The position numbers were made by a program, and so were the translations under genes. From contig CM120645.1 in NCBI GenBank assembly GCA_051362555.1, forward strand, positions 7,688,001-7,752,000: DNA of 64,000 nt, written 5' to 3'. Shown here piece after piece: positions 53,401-64,000 of this stretch; position 1 is the stretch's first letter, and the number at the start of each line of letters is the position of its first letter. Source of the stretch: Lingula anatina (taxonomy: Eukaryota > Animalia > Brachiopoda). The notes beneath the pieces are model-generated. The model was not told the origin of the DNA, did not search any database, and saw only the letters and a list, made by a program, of their open reading frames with translations.

Positions 53401-54656
53401 CCCCCCCCCCCAGGCACTGTCACTATTACTTTTTGTCCCGCCGCCTAACACACAACGGGCGACTTTTACCAATCGGTAAAAGAGTCAGCAGCCATCTGCT
53501 TTATCTCAGTATATGAAACAAAAAGTATGTCTTCGCGTTGACAATATTAAAGAATCGTCTGCTTCATATGCGTATCATATGATCTACTGAGAGTGCTGTA
53601 TTACCACTTAAAATGCTCCATATACCTTTAACCCCCCCCCCCCCCCTCTCTCGTCGTTGCAAAGGAAACCTGTGCATGTGAGCCACTCTGGATAGGACAT
53701 CTGCAAAGTTGTCTGGACGATAGTCGCTCGTTTGGCATATCAATGACACCCAATGCAACTACCGGTGAGCGGTGAATTAAATCTGATACTGGACTAACGA
53801 CATAGATTATGAGTTTACACCGAGTAATGAAGCCAAATATATATATACGGATATAATGGGGGACCCTCAATCCGAGGGAAGCTTTTATGTGCGCTATTGT
53901 TTATGAGCCTTATTTGGACTGAAATGTCCAGTTCGGGATTCGCACACTCTCTGAAAATAGAGATATAGATCAAGGTTAAACTTAATGCCAGGTTTGAATT
54001 CTTAATGAACAACTATAGTCGCCAGACATCGCAGTGTGGTAACATTATGTATGAATAATTGAAGGTGTAATTGAAAGAAAAGGGGAGATGTCTTAGTTTC
54101 AATCGTAGCTGTCGCCATGGACCAAGCGCTGCATCATGGGGGAAACACAGGAAACATCAGGCTGCCTGCGCTATCTTCGGTCACCTCTCAAACATGACCA
54201 GCCTGTTGCTGATGCGACTTTGTCCAGGGGAAGCATAAAAATGCCATGGACTCAGTGGATGGTGTACGTATTTCAACAAGTAACTTACTGGTTAAGATAA
54301 TAAATTTGTTCATTTTTACTGCAGATATTAAGGTAAGTTTTTGCTTCTGTTGGTTCGTTACTTGCAAAAAAACTGCAAGTCTATTGGTCTGCTCGTTTGT
54401 TTGTGTGTGGTCAAATTTTCGTCCTGCGACAGAAACCAATTTTTCCCTTTTTTTAGATGGGTTATATACACAAGATGAACTGGTTGCGGTTCTCATAAAG
54501 ATGGGAAAAGGTCTGTAATATTTTAGAATTTTTTAGAATTGATTAATGATTGCAGCGGGAAAACCCAAATTTACAGGCCAGGGACGGTGGATCTGCAATA
54601 GAGGAATGTGTGCTGACAGACAGATCACACTTGTAAAGGGTGCTCTGAGGGTGTTT

Positions 54657-55125
54657 TTTATCATCCAGATACCGAAAATGAGTTTTTCCTGCATCTCATT
54701 ATTCATTAATGCATCTTGTGCTGATTAAAAACAATGAAAGTCCTCACGAAAATATAACATATCGGCTTTTAAATTCCTCATCTTTTTGTATGATCATAGG
54801 CAACTCAAAGCGTTAATCGTCAATTCATAACGCCTTTCTATTTTGAGGTTAAATAGCAACAGGTATGGGGCATAACTTCGTCCCCAAACACGATGTTATC
54901 ACGAAAATTGGCATATGTGACGACTCGTGAATGGGCTTCAATCCCATGCCCCCATTTTGGTTTATTTTGGTCAGGGAGTTATGAGCCCCTTAATTACAGA
55001 ATTTTATTTAAAAAGGCTTTATTTTGCCTTATCAGCGATAAAATGTTTACTTAAGCTTTTTAGAAATATTTGTTGGCAGGATTTTGGAGTTCTAACTGGT
55101 GTAATTAAAGTGACGTTGAAACGAT
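54657..55125 (+). mobile_element. Partial copy of the 44699-45368 Kolobok-like element
   Basis: Aligns with ~44717-45165 (CAGATACCGAAAATGAGTTTTT...GCATCTCATTATTC) but sits at a non-equivalent position. Confidence 0.7.
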
Positions 55126-55692
55126 GTTCTATTTTATAACTGTCTAATGTTAATATGGAGTAACCTCATAAAGGCGTAGTTATCTTTGCGGTGATAAGCC
55201 TACTGCACGTTGCCTGAAGTCTCCTTGAAAAGAGAATTTTGCGTAGGAGCGATCCGTCAATGTCATCCTAGGTATCATCGGTAGGATTTGCACTAGGGGG
55301 TAGCGCTGGCCAGTCCACTCTGTTGATATTTAACACTTCGGACGGGACTCGTGTTCTTTGATGTCTGATACTGTTATATTTGAAAATAATTGGGTGGTAA
55401 TTTTTATTAACAATTTCATATTTTCTGATGTAACCCCAAACCAGTTTTGAAACAGATTTCCTGATTGTTACTTAAATGTTGTAAGGGACGTATTCTATTC
55501 CAACCGCTGATATATTATTCTGCTTATTTACCTACGCATCGTACTCGCCTTACTTGAAGAAGCACATACAAGCTGAATGCGGGACATTAAAAAGAAATAT
55601 CTGTCTCTTCGGTTTTTCCTCTTAAATGCTGCATTAAATAGTATCTGGTATTAAAACCTTGACTGCATTTTCTCTCTGTTTATTATAAATAT

Positions 55693-56050
55693 ACTGGCAA
55701 AAAAAGTTTTTGTTTTGACCACAGTGCTTCAGAATGCCCAAAAATGCAAATGCTTAGAGTATGGCCACTGCATTCAGTGACAGATCTCCATTTAAGGGTG
55801 TCAATTAAAAAATTACACAGTGCACGCTTGAGTGTCTCAAGGCAATGGCTATCTTAAGATTTTCTTAAATTTCATCTGAACACTAATTGGGACAAATGTA
55901 TTGCAAATATCAGTTGTCCACAATCAATGTTAGTGGACACTGGACTCAGAAGGAGACTGAATCCCAAACTGACATCATGCCACAGTGGGCTGGTTTGGAC
56001 AGGGATCGTGTCATTCCCCATTTCCATTGGCAAAGTGTTATGGTTTGGGC
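55693..56050 (+). mobile_element. Truncated paralogous copy of the 42470 Tc1 element
   Basis: Aligns to 42470-42845 with the same upstream flank; the right half is deleted. Confidence 0.75.
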
Positions 56051-56073
56051 AGCATAAGGCTAACATTTGAGAT

Positions 56074-56180
56074 CATCATTATCATCATCATCATTTAGAG
56101 CCTATAGTGTTCCACTGTTGTACAAAGGCCCCAGCATGCTTTTTCCATTATTTCCTATCCTGAGCCTCAGATTTGATATG
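56074..56180 (-). mobile_element. 5'-truncated RTE-like LINE 3' end
   Basis: Minus strand reads AQDRK*WKKHAGAFVQQW followed by a (TGA)n tail; 10-bp TSD CATTTGAGAT at 56064-56073 and 56181-56190; empty site at 44009-44018. Confidence 0.8.
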
Positions 56181-56515
56181 CATTTGAGATGCAGTTGTTA
56201 AATGCAGGAATTGACGCCCACTTACGCCCACTTAAAGCGTCACAACGTATTAGCGATAACTACTCTTCGAGTATTCTCATGTGTATTAGAAAATTAAAGA
56301 TTCTTGTCCTATATAGAGTTCCACAGGTTCGGCTGACATTGGAGGTGCATCTGTCAATCACAGGTACGTCTGCTGAATAACGCATGCGCGATGACTGCCT
56401 TCTTTGTGGTCTTTATGTGTGTATATATATTGCAGTTTTGTTAGAAGTACAATTAGTGCGTGGCATTCTTCTTGACTGCAAGGTTGGACACCTCACATCT
56501 TCTTGCTGCGTCAAA

Positions 56516-59500
56516 ATGCTGGCAATAGCTGTTGCATTCGTTTTGCTTTTCTCTCAACAATTGGACCAAACCGGTAAGTATTCAGTTTTTTCACTTTATT
56601 CAAGTTGGCTATGCTATGAATTGAACCTGAATGCGATGATAATATGAAGACACAGTGATTACTCTTTGGAATAATTAAACCTATTCATGTTTGAAAATTA
56701 GTGTCCCCATATTGTTGATTTATTGTTGCTTTGGTTCTTATATTGAAAGGTGATATTCAAAAAGACAATTTTATGCTAAATGTGATAGACCGATCTGTAG
56801 ATTAGGGAAAGTTGGGTAAGATATGAGCAAATAATTATAGGACACTTAATAAAATCATTTTTTGTTTTGAAATGCAAGGTTTCATTTTGACTGGTAACTT
56901 TCAACTGACATTGAAATCAATTTGATAGTTCTTTAACTGCCTGGACAAAGGCATTATCAAAGTGCCGTAAACATAGCAACGACCATAGGTTTTTGCACAA
57001 ACTGGTATTTTTTCTGTTCCTCTTTTGTGTGGGTCTTGGACTTGAGGCGCCCAAATGCGAGCGACATTTTGGAGCATAATCTTGTTGTAGGTGCGTAAAA
57101 CGATTCCTTAACACGGGTATCTATCGGCGTATTAAAAAGAAATGTTCTCAGATTAAAATATATTTGCACTATGAAATTTTTAACAGGCTGAGTGCTCATT
57201 ATCTGTCACTTAACAGTAGATGCTACCATAACTGGTCTGCAGACACATAGGCAAACTGTGGTAAGCAACTGTGATGCGAAAGAAAACCAAACACTGATTG
57301 AGTCGGTTCGAAAAATTATTAGCCTTTGAAAACCAACCCAGGCGGAAATATTCTTCATTGCATACAAAGCATTAATTGATGCTTGTTTAAAACCTTTATA
57401 CAATCACTGACTTTGGCTGAGATCGTCTTGGCTAGGTTTAAGAAGCTGAGATAGGTGACCGACGATGAAGGGAGGTTAATGAGTATTCATTCCAAAAAGC
57501 GGCAAATATAAAAAGTGTCTTAGAGGGCTCCTCATTAATATAATATGCATAAAAATCCGTCGGGTGCCATCCCACCAAGGATGAAGTTTTGGGAAATTAA
57601 TTATCGGGGATCAAATCGGATTTATCAAAGAAATTAAGGTACAGGTGGGTGAAGATTATGGTCTTGTATACGTCGCCATGAGTTATGTTTTTGAATTAAA
57701 AGGATTTACTTGATTTTTTTAGTTTACACGACTTATATATATAGATAACTTATATACAGACTTGACGTTTAATATGGAATGTTTTTTCCAAACCATTTTT
57801 AATCTGTTTTTTTTTTCCTATTTCGCTGACTGTTAAATGAAATAAAGGATTAAAATTGTATTTTAATAACTTTTAATTATCTCTTTGATGTCATTGTGAC
57901 ATCAGTTCATTAATTGAATTCGTCAGTGAATCAAACAAAAATACATTACCTATTCTATGCCATACGACAACCATTAAAAGAGATATTTTGGATCTTCATG
58001 TTTTCTTAATTGTTGTCTGTAAAAGAGTTACACGCTCCACAAAGGACCCTCACGTCAGTCTAATCACAGCAACGGTCGCTGTTACGCCTGACCTCATCTG
58101 GTTGCTACCAGCGCTCACAAGCGGCAATGCATTTCTTGGGTTAGCTTTTTAAAGTTCAATCTGGAATAACATTCCAGACATAGGACAAAACTTGTCCAAA
58201 TTGGTCCAGTTTTGTTGTGGGACATGTAGGCCGTTGATTCGGCGAGTATAGCCTACCCACATCAAATATGGCGATTTTGATGACCAAGGTAGCTGCTCAT
58301 TCCCTTGGTGCTGCAAATTATCTGCTATTAAAAGTGCTCTGATTGTACCGGTAATCTCACCGTGCAACCTAAAATTGTTTCTAATATGCCCCCTATCAAA
58401 TGATATTCAAGTGGTTCCCAGATTATTCCTTTATCTGATCTAATTCAGGTTTTCGTCGATGATTACTATTGGTGTTTTGGCAGCAATGTGGTATCCACCC
58501 CATATACTGACACTGTCAATGACCCTAGTCACTTAAGACGCGACACACGCTTCGTTGTACGCCTCTTCTGGATGTCTGTAAAGTCTATTTTGACTAGTTG
58601 AGTGGTTCAGGTGAAATCTGACCTCAATAAAGAAAACCGCGCGGTTTCTGTGTTCTACCCAGAAACGGTCATGGTCCCCAATCCTTCGAAACTGAAATAT
58701 TCCATATTAAATGTCAAGTCTGTATATAAAATGGACAAGATATTGCCCCTATTGACATCTACCGGTTATAATTGTTTTCGCTGAAATATTTTTCTAGATA
58801 GACGTCTTTAACAGTGTTTTTTTTGTCCGTTTTTAAGTGTTGATGATAATTATTCAGATCAGTAGGACAAGGTATTTTCTTAATATTTTAGATGCTTGTA
58901 CCTGTGTGCCTTGGGTGGGACACACCGATGACATATGCATAGCTTCTGGTTATGAAAACTGCACTACTGGGTACAAAAATCACACGGCGTCGTCGCCAAC
59001 TGATTTGATAAATAAATGTCGCGACATTTCTCCCGATGGCTCTGGCCAACCTCTCACTATTGTCAGCTTAGAAGAGTATAAAGCATTGGAAAGATACCTT
59101 CAAGGAATTGGTGAGTTCACTGATATCACTCCATTCTTAGAGCAAATTAATCTTTTCCCATCTTTATGCTAAAATTTATATTTATGCTATTATGAACAGT
59201 ATCATCTGCATCTGCATCTGCATCAAAATTAGATGAATTATGATGTTTTATTCATTCTTTTGTATAGGTAAAATAAGATGGGATATTTATTGAATTTCAT
59301 TTTTATCATTTTTTAGGTTACGGCTACACAGAGACTTCTCCACGTTTCAGTTGCTCTCAGATGTATGCTACTCTAGCCGTAGTCACTGCCGTCAATAGCA
59401 CACATTTAACAGTCACGTTTTCTACTAGTAAGTAAATATCCATTGGACACAATATCAAAAAAAGCTATTCGCTTTTACAGACAGGTACCAACCGTGAATC

Positions 59501-61468
59501 CCACAGTTGTAGAATATGGCATTCCGTTTTTATTGTTCTACCGCCATGTCATTTCATCATAAAATATGCATCTGGAACCACAAAATATAAACACTGTATT
59601 TCTTAATATACGCCTTCATCTAATGCAGGTCTTCGACAGAGCTTGTAAAAATACATAAACGTTTTCAAAGAAAAAGTAATTTTTTCAAATATTGGTAGGT
59701 TTACATATTATAATATTACAGCTCCTCCCGTTGTGTGGGTATTGGACTTGACGACCCCAAATGCGACCGATATTTTGGAGGAAAATCCTGTTGTAGGTGA
59801 GTTAAACGATTCCTTCGCACGGAAATCTATTATAATCATTATAATCATTAAAAAGAAATCATCTCAGATTAAAGTTATGGTCTCTAAATAATAAACACGC
59901 ATATGACATCACTGTCTGGGCTATATACCAAATAGCATTATGCTTGAAATGGATATTTTGCATTGCATTTATATCTGGACCAAATCACAAACCCTTGGGC
60001 AGAATTATTTAAAAGCACGTTTAAAATGGTATTTGTTACACACTTGGACATACATGCCCAACGTCTTTTTTTTCTTCAGACGACGTCCTTGTGTTACACT
60101 TCAAAGCAAGCCCAGGCGATGTGGTTGGAGTGGGTAACACCCAAAAGTTAATGATGAAGTTCTTTTCCAACTTTTCTGGCGAACACTTAACCATCTGTTC
60201 TATGCCTCAAGGGAGTTGTCCAAGTAAGTTTAATTCAAATGAAATGGGTTGACTTATTTTGAAATGAATTAATGCACAAAGCAACTAAAACAACCGAGAT
60301 TTTCTTACTGAGGTAGGCCCCTATTTCCGATTAATATTTTATAGACTGAGCGTTTAAAGTCATATTTTATTAAACAGATTGGTCTTTAGGTCACGTTTTG
60401 GGTTCTTTAAGGTCTGGCGTCATGTTCTTGTTTAACTAAAATAGCGTAACTTTTGTAAGTTACTTTTTCTGATACCTCATATTATTCCTTATGTTAGCCC
60501 TAAACTGTTACTCTTTATTAACAGATTTGTTATTATAGCAGAAAAACTATTTGCTTGCTTCATTAATGGGCTGTAGTGTTTCAGAAAGAAGATTTAATTT
60601 TGGCGATGCACGTAGCAGTAATAAGGCAGACAACTTTCAGACAACTTTCCGTGAATCTCTAAAATCTATTAATCAACAATAATTAATTAAGCAGGAAATG
60701 TGTTATTATTCAGCCAATTTCCCTAAATATCTGAGTGGGTTAGCAGATGTGCCTTTAGTAAAATATACACATTTAATTGTGTGAAATAAATTATTCTCAA
60801 TTATTGAACGCCAAGAAGTTCCCATCTATTGCTAGATAGAAAATAGTTTTAATTTGTAGTTAACCATAAGTTATTTTCCAAAATGTGTTTTTTGTGCCTT
60901 TTGAAAAACCAAAAACACTTTGAGATGTTAGATGTGGAATTCACCCAAAGAATAATGACTTGAGAAAATACATTCGCTTATTATACCATGTATTATTTCA
61001 TCTGAACATTGTAAACAAAAATCAACCTACTGAAGGGGCCACTAGTGCGCGCGTGTTTATTTATTTATTTATTTTTTTTTAATTTTTTTTTTTTTGTGTG
61101 TGTAGTCAACTTATTGTTAGAAACCATATATTTGTCACTAAATATATCATTTTACAATTTTCAGCGGGTCAATGTATAATCAGAGGAGACCCCCATATTA
61201 AACAATTCGATGGGGATCAGTTCCTTTTCAGTGGGTTCTGCAGATATATACTGTCAGAAACCCTGCCAGGAGCAGCCGAGGAATTCAACATAACGGGCAC
61301 ATTTGTCTATAATAAGCCCGGCAGTACTAGGACCATGATCCAGGAGGTTTTGATACATGTGCGCAATATGACCATTGAGATGAGTACAGATGGAACAGTA
61401 AAGGTGCGGGAATGGGTTGATTAGTTATTTTCAGCAATGAAACGTGAAAACATTTGGATTGGTTTCTT

Positions 61469-61508
<40 letters not shown>

Positions 61509-63281
61509 ATACCGATGTGTAAATCAATTCATTTTCTGAAATCTCACGCCTCATGTACAAAACAATATTTGATGATCCACACTATATGTTACCAGTAAAA
61601 TGTATCGTTTCTGAATGCGTCATGACAAATTTCAAAGTTAACGTTTCCCAACTGCTTGTCTTTTATTTGCATATGTTTTGTACTCCAGGTTGACGATGAT
61701 GTTGTTGTCGCAACAATCATACCACAAGACGTGGGACACAGTGTGATGTTGTATCTCGACCCAACAGACTTCCCGAGGACTGTCGTGGACTTGCGTGGTG
61801 TTTTGAAAGTTGAACTCACCACCCCTGTTGGCGCATTAAAACGTAAAGGACATAGAGCCACCATCAATATTCCAGGTACATGTAAAATGTCAAAATTACT
61901 TAAACAGAAATAAAAAAAAAACTATACATTCAATAGCTCTGGGGATGAGAGTAAAGTTATTATATTGTGAATGTTTCAACAAAAAATCTTTGGAAACTAA
62001 TTGAAGGCCGATATTAATCTTTGTTTAAATTGCGATGATCTTGTCAACTTACAGCGTTGATAAATTTAAATTAGAATGCCCTGTGGCCTTCAGAGCTTAC
62101 CTTATGTAAAAATAGGCAACTCATTCAAGGGTCTCGTATGAAGCCAATGTATTCAATGTGACCGATCTAGTTTACCATATCTCCCGTTATTCTGAATGGT
62201 CACACATTTTTGCATGTTGTTCTCTAAGGGGAATGGTCAGGATGACTTGATTGCCATATCTCTAAAGTGTCTCATACGGGTAATTTTATTTCAATATAAT
62301 AGTTTAATTAACACTCGTTTCGTTTTATTGCAATAGGGTGGTTGTTAAATGTAAATAATCTTAAGAAACATATACCCATAGCTTCTGCACTAGTGATGTC
62401 TGAGTAAAAATGTAAAATGATAATCATCTTCTATGTTAATAATGAAAAAATCATCTGAATAAGTCATTGTTATTTAGTTTATTTTGAAAATCTCTTTACT
62501 ACAGAAACATATGGTGGCTATCTGAATGGGTTGTGTGGAAATCTCAACGGTGATCCAACTGACGATGATAACCCCTGTGATGGAGGCCCACCTGCAGATT
62601 GCTTTGTAGATGACGATAGGTAAGCCATTCTCCCTTTGTGCCACCACCGTGCATTTGACTTTAAATTATAAAGTTGCCTATGAAGTCAATTCTTTGCCAC
62701 TTAATCCGACCAAACGCCATCCTATTGTTTCAAATAATATAACTTTGAGAAAAACCAAAAGATAGGCTATATAATATAATATAATATCTATCTATCTATC
62801 TACTTCCTAAGCATATTAAATTCATTGCTCTTCTATACTCTTGTTTACTTGTGACTTTATTTAAATCACAAAGTTAAACCTACTCAGCTGCCTAGGGTGA
62901 AAAGGTTAATTTGGTCAAAGATGTCAAATTCACTGGTTAACCTTACTTATGACTTTTTCTTTAGTATATTTCCTTTGGGAGATATTATTTGCACAATTGG
63001 CGTAACTCTAGGGTCATTTAGGGAGATAGACTTGGGACAACAATGTTTTAAGTTTGATTCAAATTTAATTAAATTTATTTAAAATGTCAATAACAAGAAG
63101 AGCTTGCAAATTGACTTTAGCACATCCATGTTTCCTTAAAGACTAACAAAATTTTATATGCAAAACCTGATAATAGACACAGAATTGTGATTCCTTTCTT
63201 TGACCATCTACGGCTTGTATCTTACTGTGAATCTACATTTTTAAATATACGTTTTATTTTGTCCATTTCAGCTGCGCCTGA
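56516..63281 (+). CDS. Secreted C-type-lectin-like plus VWD protein, paralogue B (~385 aa, 9 exons)
   Basis: Exons 56516-56573, 58892-59110, 59317-59427, 59722-59796, 60080-60223, 61165-61403, 61689-61875, 62505-62619, 63272-63281; exon lengths and phases identical to paralogue A; about 23 amino-acid differences by eye. Confidence 0.88.
57014..57157 (+). pseudogene. Displaced dead copy of exon 4 plus adjacent intron sequence, in intron 1 of paralogue B
   Basis: Encodes VWVLDLRRPNASDILEHNLVV versus VWVLDLTTPNATDILEENPVV; acceptor CAG changed to CTG, 74 nt instead of 75, donor GTGCGT retained; absent from intron 1 of paralogue A. Confidence 0.75.
57757..58722 (-). mobile_element. Internally deleted Tc1-family element in intron 1 of paralogue B
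   Basis: 24-bp TIRs CAGACTTGACGTTTAATATGGAAT / ATTCCATATTAAATGTCAAGTCTG with TA flanks; decayed transposase remnants (YRHPEEAYNEACV, KTPIVIIDENLN, EQLPWSSKSP); absent from paralogue A. Confidence 0.85.
61470..61504. repeat. (CA)n microsatellite
   Basis: Seen directly; an interrupted counterpart lies at ~48931-48976 in paralogue A. Confidence 0.9.
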
Positions 63282-64000
63282 AACCGCCCCATGAAAGAAA
63301 ACCAAGAACAATGGAGGTTTACAGCCAAGAACTTGGAAAATCTACTGGAAGGATGAAGTTGGGTTTAATTTTATTATTTTAATTGGGGACTATTTTATTG
63401 GATCTACATGTTTTTAAATTGGATATCGTGTGTCTTATAATTGTCAGTGCTCTTTTTACAAGGACACTTAAAACATGGTCTATACTTACACTTTAAAACG
63501 AGATACAAATGATCTTTAGTAAAATGTCTGGCAAAGTTCCTTTAAAGAACTTGTGATGATCTGGCTTGAGTAATAACCGTGTGTTCTAACGAACTTGTTG
63601 CATATACCAATACTGTATTTTAATTGTGCAGGTAAAAGGCACATTGATATTCCAAAAGTGCTTTAATTTCATTAAAGTGGAATTGTTTGACAATTCAGTG
63701 TGGGTATCACACATTTTTGTCAGTAACTTTTTTGTTTTTTTTCACCAAGGATATAAAGAATCATATAGTAAGGATATAAAGAATCATATAGTAAATTTAC
63801 ACCTAAAAGAAAAGATAAAAGAATTTTAGTTAATTCAAATATACTACTGGCAAAGTTCATTTGAAAAACTAGTCATAACTGGGGTTGTTAGTGTACTTGG
63901 TGCATAGACTATCCTTGTATTTTGCTTGCGTACTTTATAGATGCACTGACACAGAAAGGCTATTGAAAATTCATGGGGATTTTTTTTTTACTATAAACGT

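Larger units (their letters stand above)
53490..64000 (+). repeat. Tandem segmental duplication, unit B (runs off the window end)
   Basis: Colinear with 35560-51180 but with a different set of insertions and deletions. Confidence 0.9.

Noticed and set aside
35560-64000. Duplication as an uncollapsed-haplotype assembly artefact
   Set aside because: Roughly 20% non-coding divergence and multiple decayed copy-specific insertions favour a true old duplication; read depth would settle it.

Overview
AT-rich, intron-rich eukaryotic genomic DNA, probably from a marine invertebrate (inferred from gene families and repeats, not proven). No rRNA, tRNA, CRISPR array or prokaryotic operon was found. Five spliced protein-coding genes were rebuilt by hand with consistent intron phases: (1) minus strand 607-3817, a single-pass receptor-like protein with a CBM14/peritrophin-A-like domain, a Thr/Ser stalk and a 20-tyrosine cytoplasmic tail; (2) 8882-10085, a secreted PAN/apple plus ricin-B lectin; (3) 18068-33285, a 13-exon NIT-domain membrane guanylyl cyclase with an apparently intact sensor but a catalytic domain missing the transition-state Asn and the KGKG motif; (4, 5) 44364-50453 and 56516-63281, tandem 9-exon paralogues encoding a secreted C-type-lectin-like plus VWD protein, with exon cores far more similar than introns. 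Intergenic and intronic DNA carries many Tc1/mariner fossils (including a fold-back made of two transposase 3' ends with a nested element), Harbinger-, Kolobok- and hAT-like MITEs, a truncated RTE-like LINE end and microsatellites. All alignments and counts were done by eye.
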